Shown here: positions 37,165 through 49,347 of the stretch, piece after piece
How positions within the stretch are numbered: position 1 is the first letter of the stretch
How the letters are laid out: each line of letters opens with the position of its first letter
DNA from: Bispira polyomma
Taxonomy: Eukaryota
Assembly (NCBI GenBank): GCA_965649765.1
Contig: OZ287755.1
Span: 33,356,001-33,420,000, forward strand
DNA: 64,000 bases
Direction of reading: 5' to 3'
Notes under the pieces: generated by a model
What the model was told of the DNA's origin: nothing
Databases searched by the model: none
Seen by the model: the letters and a program-made list of their open reading frames with translations, nothing else
Made by a program: the position numbers and the translations under genes

Positions 37165-39210
37165 GTGAAACTTAATGCAGAAAATTTCAATAATGGCTCA
37201 TTCTTTAAACTAGCAAAATCTTTTTTGAAAAAGCCTACTGATAAATCTATTCCCCCTATGTTATCTCAGGATGGTACTCTGATAACTGATGATAAAGAAA
37301 AAGCAAATGCTTTTAATTCTTTTTTTGCCGAAGCTAGTATATTAAGAGAAGAGCAGGCTCAATTACCAGTTGATGACACCCCATTGGGTGGTGTTTTACA
37401 CAACATTGTAGTGTCAGAAAAAGAAGTACTTGACCAGATATCAATACTTAACTGTAACAAATCATATGGCCCCGATGGTCTTTCACCTAAATTTATAAAA
37501 CTAGCAAATCGCTCATTGGTAAAGCCGTTAACAAAATTATTGAACCTTTCATTGTCTACGGGGAAAGTTCCTAAGCTGTGGAAACAAGCTAATGTGGTAC
37601 CGTTACTCAAAAAAGACAGCAAGAATGTGTTAGGACGGGGATTGTTATTCAAACTGAAGAAATGGGGTATCAGTGGTACATTACTCCAGTGGTTTGAAGA
37701 TTACCTAAAAGATAGGGTTCAACGAGTTGTTATCAATGGTCAATTTTCAGACTGGAGCAAAATATTTGCTGGGGTACCACAAGGATCAGTACTGGGGCCT
37801 CTTTTGTTTTTGGTTTTTATTAATGATATTACAGAAGTTGTAAAAAATTGTAGCTTAAGACTTTTTGCAGATGATACTTGCCTTTTTATTGAAGTTGACA
37901 ATCGAATAGATTCAGCAATTAAATTAAATGAGGACCTAAGAAATATTGAAAAATGGTCTCAGAATTGGCTTGTTACATTCAATCCTTCAAAAACCGAATC
38001 AATGATTATTGGCCTCAAACATCACAAAAATGAAAATCCAAGGTTGTACTTACACAACACACCAATTGTTAATGTGGCTAAACATAAACATGTAGGGCTT
38101 TGGCTTGAGGATAACTTGGGCTGGCATATGCATATAGATGAAATCAGCACTAAAGCTGGAAAGCGATTGAACATGCTAAAGCAGTTAAAATATCAAGTTA
38201 GCAGAATTACACTGGAGAAAATGTACTTTGCTTTTATTAGACCCATTTTGGAATATGGTGATGTTGTTTGGGCTGGGGCTAGCCACTCTGATTTACGCAA
38301 ACTAGATAGTATTTAGGTTAATGCTATGAGGCTTGTGTCTGGTGCTCCTTTTAGATCTAACATTCGCTCACTCTTTGAGGAACTAGGCTGGCAAAATTTA
38401 TGCAGTAGGCGTGAACAGCATGTGTTGATAATGATGTATAAAATTACACATGATTTAGCTCCGAGTTATCTAAAAAACTTAATTCCTCCTGCAATTGGAA
38501 GTACCATCACATATCAACTTCGAAACCGACATGATTTTCAGGTTCCAAAATGTAGAATAAATATGCACCAAAGTTCTTTCATTCCAGCTGGGATAAAACT
38601 CTGGAATGAACTTGACAACTCACTCAAATATCCAACAACTCTCTCTACATTCAAATACATATTACGCAAACGACAATTTAAGTGTAATGAAAAACTAGTT
38701 AAATTCCGTAAAAAATTGTTTGTTGAAGGTGAACGGTACTGGAATGCAATTCATGCTAGAATGCGCATGAACTGTAGCCCTCTTAAGGAACACCTCACAA
38801 AATATTTACATGTCTTGAGCAATTGCACTTGTGATTGTGGCCTATCTGATGAAAATAATACACATTTCCTTTTAGATTGTATAAACTATGCCATACCGAG
38901 ACAGTTCATGTTAGCTAAATTATATGATATTCCTGCTGTTACAACTGAAACTCTATTATTTGGTAGCCTTGACTTGACATTTGAACAAAACCAGACAATA
39001 TTTCGAACAGTTCAAGAATTTTTAAGGGAAACAAACCGGTTTCATAGTTTTTAATTGCTACAGTGCCAACACACCTTCTCATCTTTTCATTCATTATTCT
39101 ATGTTATTTTTCCATTTTGTTTCTTTTGTATATATATCTTCCTGCGAGAAGGCTTTATAATAATCTTTTTGATTTTGCCTGATTGTTTTGTTCCAATAAA
39201 AAAAAAAATA
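37165..39210 (+). mobile_element. 5'-truncated CR1/L2-group LINE ORF2 (reverse transcriptase) with an internal deletion and a premature stop
   Basis: GPDG, WKQANVVPL, GVPQGSVLGPLLFLVFINDI, LFADDT, and a C-terminal CxC..E...HFLLxC motif. The NYRPIS...KAFD segment is missing near 37620; TAG at 38314-38316; AATAAA plus A-run at ~39196. Confidence 0.92.
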
Positions 39211-39239
39211 TTGTTTATGAAAAAAGGATATTTACAGGC

Positions 39240-40100
39240 CAGCTTGTGTCTAGACCTGAGCGTACACCACTGGTTGCCAAATCGGCTGTATGTGCCCAAC
39301 CTGTGTTGGAAGCGTCTAAAATAAGAGAAGATTGTGCTCTCTTGGATGCAAAAACTTCCTCTACCAAGACATTTAAGGGTATTCCCACCATTAAAATTGT
39401 ATCTTAAATGGTCGGTTACCGGTATCTGGATGTCCAGTCACTGAGGAAATTGTCAAATGGATTTTAGGTACCGAATGATACTGTCCTCTCCAGACTGGCC
39501 AACACCCATCAATGACTTTAACATTCTGGATATCAACAATCGAGAAATTGTTACCAATAACATGGCTTATGACAAAATCGAACACTTCTGTTGGTTAGGA
39601 AATACAATGCCTGTTCACATCGAAGAAGTAGCCGATAAAGCAATCGTTGATTGGGCCGAAGTTCGGATTCCCCAAAGGTAACCACTAAGTCCAATTGTGG
39701 AAAAACCCCTTGCCAGGAAAAATGGAAACCATCGAATGCTGTTCACATGGATTCAGTCCTTCACAACGGCGACTCCGATGAATCTGTGCCAAGCTGAATT
39801 CATAAGGATACGAAAGTAAGCATCTAACACCACCCAGTACACAAAAATGGCCTGAAATAATGCAAATTTCATTGATCTGCAAAAGACAAGACCTGTCTTG
39901 TAAGTGACTGTCATTAGGAGTCAGGTGTTCCGCACAGCGAATCCGGGACGAATCTGGGTGAATCCGAATCAACAAGGATATGAAAAGTGACGAAACTGCT
40001 TCCGCCAACGTGTAACTGCCGAAAATCTGCCATTTTCGCCCATGGAGTGATGATTCTTCGCTACGAATTCTATGAATCTCTGTGAATCTGAATCTTTGAA
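39240..40100 (-). mobile_element. Degenerate DIRS-type (tyrosine-recombinase retrotransposon) RT/RNase H relic
   Basis: Frameshifted minus-strand motifs LDAYFRILMNSAWHRFI, FSWQG, LP(F)GIRTSAQ, PNQQKC, RMLKSLMG and RNase H-like LDASNTGW. Confidence 0.7.
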
Positions 40101-40419
40101 TTTATAAGAATATGAGAAAACGTTAAAATGCCCCAAATATACCTATTTCGGCTAGAAAGCGCTGCAAAATCCGCAAATCTCCGCCCCATCGCCACGTGGA
40201 TTTGGACAGCTAGAGGGCGAGTTCTCTCTTCACCTCGCCATTAATACTGAACTCGAAAGAAGAGATATAAAAGCCAGACTTACCCCATCTACTCTTCAAT
40301 ATCTGAGAGGTTCCTCCATTTCCCTCCCGTGAGCACTTCGAGAACTTTCCCCAAATCTCACACTGCACACTTCGTGCACGCTGGGAGAATGGTATTTTGT
40401 CACAGCCATTTGTAAAGAT

Positions 40420-42378
40420 ATCCATTTTATTTGCAAATGGCGTGAACCGGTATCCATCTACACAATATTTGACAATGTATATACACAGATATTAGTAAAC
40501 GAGGCTAAAGTTTACCGCAGAAATTCTGGATCACAGATGCACATCTTAGCAGTTCGCGTGACCGTGTGAATGATTTGTATTGAATCATTTATCCAGGTAA
40601 CCTAGGTGAGATGACCCCTGAACCAATGAATTTGAAGATTTACACTGGTGGACAGGCGTAACTATGGCCTTTGTGATGTCACTGTATTGTGATGTCATGA
40701 TGGTTGTGACATCACTGGACAGTGTAATGGACTTATATTAGATTTGATGCCATAAACCAATATTGGATATTCCATTATGGGTAAAAAATACACGGTTTCG
40801 CCGGAGAGGCTCATCAGACGCATTACAACTAAAATTATCTGTTTAGTGGTCAAGTATAGGTTGACCCTAGTGGTGGTAATTCCTGGATTGGGAATATTTT
40901 ATGTTAATTTGATAGTCATTGTGAACATAATTTTTGGGTTGGCGTTGTCCCATAACCACTTTAACTCTGAGTGATTTCCTCTACTTATCAAGTGAGTAGT
41001 ATAAGCAGGTTTAGATTAAGTGAGGTTATTGGGGTAATTGAAAGATTGGAGTTAGTGTCCAATCAAAATTAGTAGGTGTAGAGTCACTAGGTTACATTTG
41101 AATACCAAGCCTGGTGGGGTATGGTGATGGCTGGTCTGCTCCATAGGTCGTTGTTGATAATTTTTTGAAATGTGGCAAAGGACCTATGGGTTAGACCTGG
41201 GTTTTATTCCTGTATGTTGAGACCCTGAGGTGCATTGGTTCTTAATCTGTGTTGCCAATGCCTTTCGATTTTCCTCCTGATGTTGAGGGCTTAAAGGGTG
41301 GGCATGGATAAAGTCGACAATGTGGATTTCAATGTCGTCTAGTCCATGGTGGTCGGGGAGATTAAAGTGTTGACCAATGGTGTCCCTTGAGTTTTTGGAC
41401 GTGATATTGTAGAAGTGACCTTGGAATCTATCCATTAGTCGTCGTTTAGTTTGCCCGACATACTGTATCTTGCAGGTTTTGCATGTGATACAATATATTA
41501 GATTACCACTCTTGCAGTCCACTCTAATTTTTGTGGAGTAACTACGACTAGTGTAGGTGCTGATTATCCAGCCAGACAGATTTAGTCTTGGGCAATACCT
41601 ACATGTTTTGGTATTACATGGAAATTCATGAGCTACTGGGCCATCACGGGTTGGTTTTGGCTTAGGTGGGTAATCAACTTTGGCTGTTACAAGGATGTCC
41701 TTGAGATTCTCATTGCGTCTGTAGCCAAAAATGACCTTTTTATCATGTAGGTGTTTGGTGTCATTTGATCTTGTGAGAAAATCCCAGTTTTTGGTTACAA
41801 TCTCTTTCATTGTGGTTGGTAGGTTGTGATTAGGAAGAGATTTTTGTTGGGTTTAGCCTGCTCCTTATTATGTGATTCTAAAAGTTTATCACGATCCTGT
41901 CTACATGCTAGGATAAGGGCTTCTTCAATGAGGTCCTGTGGGTAGCCTCTTCTTTTTAAGTGGTGGGCTAGGGTGATAGAATGTTTGTCAAAATTTTCTC
42001 TCGAAGAACATATGCGACGGACTCTTAGAAATTGGCTATAGGGTAAACTGGTCTTACAGTTCTTGGTGTGCGCAAAGGTATACAGCAGATAGTTGTGTGA
42101 ACCTGTGGGTTTGCTATATAAGTCCACATCCAGTGTCCCCTCTTTGTTGAGGTAAACAGTGGTGTCAAGGAAATTTACCGAAATTTCCGAGATTTCAGCC
42201 GTGAACTTAATGGTTTCATGGCATGAATTTAAATGTTTTATAAAGGCTTCTAAAGTAGGTTTGTCTTCAGTCCATATCATGAAGATATCATCTATAAATC
42301 TCAGCCAAACAAGTGGTTGAGTTGGGTAATTATAAGCATGGGTTTCCTCAAAGTTTCCCATGTAATTATTGGCATGTG
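40420..42378 (-). mobile_element. 5'-truncated Penelope-like retroelement (RT C-half, GIY-YIG endonuclease, 3' pLTR region), frameshifted
   Basis: WLRFIDDIF, VNFLDTTV, YSKPT, LPYSQFLRVRRICS (41807-42361); NLIYCITCKTCKIQYVGQTKRRLMDRFQGH (41184-41810). Confidence 0.92.
40788..40830 (-). ncRNA. Minimal hammerhead ribozyme core (probably defective) in the Penelope pLTR
   Basis: Minus strand CUGAUGA-GCC-UCUCC-GGC-GAAAC-CGU-GUA; stem I partner is poor. Confidence 0.55.
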
Positions 42379-42419
42379 GGAAAAAAAAAAAAAAAAAAAA
42401 AGTATATACACAGATATGT

Positions 42420-44575
42420 CAGATACATCATTCTGATATCATTAGTCTCTTGTATGGTGAAAAACAAATTGAAACCATGGAGACACTGCCAGAAATCGGC
42501 CTTGTTTATGTGGTGAAAATGAAGAGTCCATCTCATCATATGCACAACTGAAAAGCACCACAATGCTGAAATGGACAAATGTCTATACAGAGCAGTCTTT
42601 AGTAGGGATCTCTGCTGAGAAGACTGTGAGAAGGCAGAATACTGTATGTAAGCTGATCTTCTGTCAAGAAACATGGTTCTTTCAGCAATTTCACAACTTC
42701 TGAAAAGCATTTGTAATTTGTGACTGTGTTGCTAGAATTCTCTGTGAGAAGGCAAAATACTGCATGTAAACTTGGTTTCAATGAACGCATGCCTCAGGTC
42801 TCACACATCTGGGGTTTGAACCTCCGTCAAGCTATATTAGAATAAGGAGGTGAGAGTAAGGTGATCTACAGCTTTCAAAACTGCATCTCTCTGGAGGCTG
42901 AAGAATACCGGGTCTGTGCCTGAGATGAAAAAATTTCTATGAAACTTCATTCAATCTCCTAGCCATAACTTGGAACTTTTGCAAATTTCTGGTTATTGTC
43001 TCCCATGTCACCATAACTCCATTCTCTGTGGAAGAGTCTGCAAAGGGTCAGAAGAAGGTAAAGTCAATCTCAGTCTGAACTTGTGCTTTTTCTGGTAACC
43101 TGGGTGTTGTGTTCGTCCTGCCTTGTAAGAGAAGGACGAAATCAAGCCTGATTTATCCCCAAGATCTACAATTCTGACAGAAAACTGTGAAAAATTATAG
43201 GTAACAGCGACTGTAACCACAGATTTAAGAACCAATGGCCCAGCCCCTGACCTCACCTCAGCAAGGAAGGGTTGCCTGCCTACTCAGAAACATCTTCACA
43301 TCGTCATCTCTGTGTAGGGCAAAAGATAAGGTAGTGAACCACTCGGTCACCTGGCTCTCTTGTTCACTGGACGATGCTGCAAACTTCAGACATTGTAGAG
43401 GCTACTAGGCATACAAAAACTGAGTTTAAATGGGACATCACTGTAGAAACATCGTTCCTCAGTCACCCATGGCAGGAAGGTGATGGATCTTCTGCATGTA
43501 AAAACAGCAGAGGTCTTCAGTATTTGCACATCCATCTCCCACCTTCAAATGCTGGAGCTGTGGAAGTTAGGACCTAGGTGGGGCCCTGCCTCTGTCTCAA
43601 CCACTCACTACTTCAGAACGTCGAGGGTCTACAGCAGTCGTGGGCTGATCTTCTCCACAGGTCTTCCTTCAAAGTACCCTGGACTGCAAAACTCAGACAT
43701 TATAGAGGCTCTAGGCATACATGCTGAGTTTTGCATGGACATCACGGAAGAAAGCAGCTTTCAGTAGAGGGTCTACAGCAGTCGTGGGCTGATCTTCTAC
43801 CACAGGACTTCCTTCAAAGTACACCCTGGACTGCAAAACTCAGACAATGTAGAGGCTACTAGGCATACAAAGGCTGAGTTAGCAGGGACATCACTGTAGA
43901 AACATCGTTCCCAGTCATACCAAGGCAAAGAGATGATGGATCTTCTGCAGGTAACAACAGCAGCAGCTTCAGTATTCTGCACACCCATCTACCATCTACA
44001 CAACCACCGCTACTTCAGAACGTCAAAGGCCTGTAGAGGGTCCACGTCAGTCAAGTATTGATCTTGTCATTTGTCATCAGCACACACTGACAGAGAGTTG
44101 GGTCTAGTGGCCTTAGCCCTACCCTCAACTCTCGCCATGCGGTCAAACAGCCTACCTAACTCAGTTAGGAATGTAGAAGAGTCATCTGGTCTTCTTAACA
44201 CTGGGCTGTTCCAAAAAACGCCAAAAACCGCAATGGACACTGCCGGAAACTTGCACACAAAAGCTGAGTTCTGTTGGATCAAACTGAAGTAACCCTCAGT
44301 TATCCATGATACCGGCTAACTAATCTGTTATAAAAACAAACAAATTCCTATGTGGTCTGAGCCTAAAGATCGTCCTTCTCAATGGACGACCAAATGAAAT
44401 ATGACGATAGCATGCTGTTTTCGGAAGTGAACATACTTCCTGCGCATGCGCAGCTCACATGTGTCGAGGGACAAGAATAGTCTTTGAAAAAAGACTTTTA
44501 TTCTTTTTTGGTCGAGCATTTATTCAAAATGAATAAAAGCACTTGGTGAGGATAAGGTAAGGATATTTATCGCAA
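42420..44575 (-). mobile_element. Second highly degenerate DIRS-like element with internal duplications (43375-44050) and a terminus at ~44570
   Basis: Weak minus-strand RT-like remnants (DLRHAF, ILPSHREF, DIRMMYL); the terminal ~140 bp match the TIR element at 1057-1353. Confidence 0.5.
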
Positions 44576-45867
44576 TAAAAAAACAAGTCCTATATTCTTA
44601 TTCTGCCACTTTTGTCACTGATTTTGACCACAACCTCACAAGATATTTTCCGGACTGAATAAGACTGTATTTCGGGGAAATTTATATTTCTAGAAATATT
44701 TTTTAGGGCATATAGATGTGCAGTATATGCCAAGTCGTGGGGTCACCTCAAAGAAATTACCATGAGGTAAAAGTACAGTTTTAGACAAGATCTCAGGAAC
44801 TAACCGTCACAACAGAAGTTCCTATTTGTCACAAATATTCAACATTCAATGGAAATGACCAAGATCAGTTTGACCTTGCCCTTGAAATCTTGTCGAGAAT
44901 ATATTTCCAAAACTGTCACTGGAAAATTAAACTTCACAAGTATTGTCTTGGGATGTAGATGTCCCACAATGTGTCTTGAATTTGACCTTGTAAGAAATGA
45001 CATTAACCTAAAAAAAATCTTGTCAGAACTATGTATCGCTCAGTAATTACTTGTCATAGAAACTTCATAGCTGGTAGTAATATTCATCATGTGGTTAAGA
45101 AGAATTCAGTGGGAAATCCACCCCACAATTTATTTTTATTATTTAAAGAATTTCTGTCGTGCTGAATTGATTAATCCATCCTCTGAGCCACCTGTTGTTG
45201 GAGAAGGAATAGTTTTAGTTTTACAACACAACATTTGTGATCATCAGTAGACAATTGTATGTTTACATTTTGCCCAAACGATGTTGCCCCCAAGTAACCA
45301 TTACGAGGTTGGTGGAAGTTAAACCGGGAACCTTTTGATTACCAAACCAACTGCCTTACTGGGAGTCAAGCCAAAACCGCTCTTATAACAGCTAATCCTC
45401 TACTTGTCCTTACAGTTCATGGGCTTTTTTAATCAGGCACAGCCCGATAATGTTTTCATTCTGAAAAGGGTGCCGCCATCTTAGAATATATGTAACACCT
45501 TCATGCATTACTTTGAAGCAAATGACCTAGCTAAATTGAGGGGTGTCAGATTTATTTCTCAGACGCAGCTTAGGGTCTAAGTATATAGTGGCCATATCTA
45601 CGTTTAGTGTATTTCACACTGTTAGTCTTTGTCCTTTTTTAAAGGCAAATCTTGTTTACTGGGAGAGGGTCAGGGTTGTTTTAGTAAACAAAATAAAACA
45701 CTCGCAACCATGATCCCCATTGTATTATTTCACATCTGCCAGTAATGCCAATTACTATACAATAAATCACATCAAGATTGTACTTACAACAACAGAAAAC
45801 AGAAGAACACATTCCGACAGATAAAAGACGTTAACAAAAATAGAATCTTAAGAAAATCACAGCAACA

Positions 45868-45898
<31 letters not shown>
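45868..45898. repeat. (TA)n microsatellite
   Basis: Directly visible. Confidence 0.95.
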
Positions 45899-45902
<4 letters not shown>

Positions 45903-48167
45903 ATTAGCATAGGAAATACAAGGCATGACTTTTTTTTTTGTGTGTAATGACAGAGTAAGTTAAGAAAAAAAAATTTAATTAACATGCAACATATATTCAA
46001 AAACTGCTTGAACTAACACTATTATCTTTTTTTTTAAAGTTTTGATGACAGATAAATTACAAAGTAGTCTCACTGTCTATGAAAAGTTTAATTATAATAA
46101 TCATTTCAGCAAACAAATTTTCAAAAAGTAAAAATTATTATCATGGAATTTGTTTGAACAATGAGTAATGAAAAATTATTCAGGTAAATATTTCAATGTT
46201 CAGATCTACACTAAATTAACTGTTAACACCTTGGCAGAGGTATGCGCTCTACTGAGTACCGTTTCTATTTCAAGTTCTACATTCAAATACACATATAGAT
46301 TAAATTCTAAAGACTCCATTGGTGTAAGAGAAAACTGAAGTGTGAGACCATGCTATACAAAACTGGGAATTCTTTACCAAATTAGTCACATTTAGATTGA
46401 CTCCATTTTATGAACTATTATTCACTCTTTCCAAATTTAGGTTTTCCAATTGTTTTATACAGAAAGGCCTCTTTTTAAGTTGATAAACCTTCTATTAGCT
46501 GAACAAAATCCTTGCTCTTCCTGAATGTTCAGATACTAGAGGTTCTGTAGTTCAATTATAAATTCAATACTCTTAACATCATTGTGCAAGACGAGAACTT
46601 TCAAACAAGGTTATGCAATGATACACACAAATTTCACAATCGTGTTTTAATAGGTCACAACATTGATACATCTTACAAGTGTCACAGTTTTGTTAAATCT
46701 TTTACAAATAAACCCTGCTTTATCAAACAATTGAGTATATTCTATAGGGTACTAGTACACAATTATCACTTTGAAAGAAAAAACCAAGATAACTGAAGTA
46801 TGGTATTGCTTTCAATAAATATCTCTCAACACAGAGATATTATAAGGCCGTTTTAGTAAAATTACAGTCTTTTTATAGCAGTTAACTCCACAAATAAACC
46901 AAAGCCCTCCACACATTATGCAAACAACAAAAAAAACATATAAAGGTACATATAAATTTACCCCAAAGATCTGTGCCGATATTCTCAAAATAAATTCAAT
47001 CTGGTTGTGAATAAATTTTTGTAAAGTCGAACCCGCTTAATTAGAACTCAGTCAATTTCCCTTTTATCTGGAGAATAAACAAATTTGTAAGTCTCATCAA
47101 GGCATATTTTTCTTTTAAGATCGTTTCACAAAAAATAAATTTCAATATATTTTCATGAAAAATTGCAGGAAATGTGCTTTGTTAAATTGTCTATTGGCAA
47201 TGATGCGTCACTTTGCCCTTTTATAAGCCACTCTGCTATAAATATAATGTTTATCTTTAGAAAAATTTGATAGGTTTCCTATTATTTTAATAGAAACATA
47301 AGGTTTTGGGCCCTAAAAATTCTAAACAACCTGAGATTTTAAAAATTTAGCGCGGTGACCCCCTGTTTTTTGTTATATTTAGTTAGAGTTTGTAATTTAC
47401 CACAACTGGGGAGAAAAAAATAGAATTATGTGGGTTGAAATTTGTTTAAGTACCATTTCATGGAATGTTTTCTTCCCAAAACAAGCTGTTCCATTGAAAA
47501 CAATAGGCAACTAAATGGAAATACATACCATATTCAGAGCTCTGTAGGTTTCGAAAGAGCCTGATGTGACAAAGTTTTTTTTAATATTTTTGTTTAACAC
47601 ATTAATCACGCTTTTCATAAAAATTTTTTTTGAAAATTTGTGGTGTAAAAAAAATGGTAGCGAAGCACCTTAAATACAGGTATTTCTCGTGGTCCCTAGA
47701 GATTTGACTTAAATAGGTTTCAATTATATATATATATATGGAAATATCCATTTCCGCACCATTTTTATGGTGCTTTCAATGCTAAATTTAAATACAGTTG
47801 AACCTCTATTGTCCTAAGTTGTGTTACCTAGAATATTCAATGTTTTATGAACCCAAGTTCATTCCCAAATTAACAAAATTTATATGGACTATTTATTAAA
47901 ATAACTTTTCATTTTGAATTGCTACTTGAAAATTGCTCTGTCCCAACATGTCTTGATCGTTGAGGTTCCAGTACTACATTAAGTCTGAGACTACACATAA
48001 TTATTGTCAACAGAGATACAGCAAGAGATTTAAGTTGAGTAAATTTCAGGAACGCGTTTTAGCCAGAGTATTTTTTTGGAGAACATGGGCTTTGAACAAG
48101 TGTGTTTTTATAAAAATACAATCCAAATTGATATTTATTCTGTATTTTACTCTTTTAATAACCCTTT

Positions 48168-48320
48168 TCCATCAATGGAGAGTAATTCTACTATACTTGC
48201 CACCAATGGAGAGTAATTCTACTATACTTGCCACTATTGGAGAGTAATTCTACTATACTTGCCACCACTGGAGAGTAATTCCACTATACTTGCCACCAAT
48301 GGAGAGTAATTCTACTATAC
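48168..48320. repeat. 31-bp tandem repeat (~5 units, CCACCAATGGAGAGTAATTCTACTATACTTG) at the subterminus of a TTAA-MITE copy
   Basis: Directly visible; a single copy of the unit is present (inverted) in the 7270 and 23935 elements. Confidence 0.9.
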
Positions 48321-49129
48321 AGAGGGGGAAAACTTTGACCCATTTAACATGGCATTACAGACGTCGTTTTTGGTACTAGTTATTACCTCACAAATTAAAA
48401 CATACAGAGTATATTTAATTTTACGTTAAAAGCACTGTACCACATAGATTGTACTCCTGTGTGCCGAAGGAGCTATATAATAATAATATTATATACTGTC
48501 AACTGATGCTCGACGGACATGACACTGGCAAATAGAAACAGCTGACGACTGACAAGGTCTTCAAGAGGTTAATGACCATATTACAAATGGCACTTTGAAC
48601 TATTTGCATTAAAAAAGCAAACCTTAATTGATACCAACATATTATCAACATAAACAGACAAAACCCTGCTTCAACAGTGAGAATATCTGGAATAATATTG
48701 GGGGAATTCTTGATTGGAATGGGTTTTAAGATGGCAGTAGTTTCAGCTATTTTTGTTTCATGTGTGATCAGAATTAAAAACAAGCAACTCATTAACACTA
48801 TATACCTGTATATAAAATGTGGCAGGCAATGATATCTGCAATAGTTTTCCTTTGAATGAATAGGAAGTTAAATTGCACCATGCTGCTTTAGAAGCTGTTC
48901 TAATTTCAAGGTCAAAGTTGCATCTGCTGTAAATGTATGTGCATACAATGTTGTAGGCATGAAATTATATGCAGAAATGTCTTCTAACTTTCTGATACTA
49001 AATGCTTTTTCTCTTCAAATAGTTATACTGGACAAATATTCACCTTTTCAAGCCACACAACCTATTATAAAAGAAACAACCTATTCAAACATAAACGTTG
49101 TATTCCTAATTTATTTACTAGTTGAATTG

Positions 49130-49347
49130 AGTTTTACGTTGCTTTCAACAGCTCACGTCATATCATGATGGCAAGATTTAATGGTAGAAGAAACCAGTGC
49201 TGAAGAACACTGTGTAAACGAACGACCTGCAGCAAGTACCTGATAAACTTTCCCACATGAAGCAATAAATGGGATTTAATCCTACATCGGTGAGAGGTCA
49301 GTGATTGTGAAGTATGCACTTCTAACCACTAGGCTACCTTGGCCCCC
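49130..49347 (-). mobile_element. tRNA-derived SINE (same family as 31372); further minus-strand copies at ~55205-55420, 61950-62225, 63085-63325
   Basis: Minus strand GGGGCCAAGGTAGCCTAGTGGTTAG...CACAATCACTGACCTCTCACC. Confidence 0.75.

Noticed and set aside
2030-38860. Other CTGATGA occurrences (e.g. ~2032, 21458, 30446, 36676) as hammerheads
   Set aside because: No stem II followed by GAAA at the required distance
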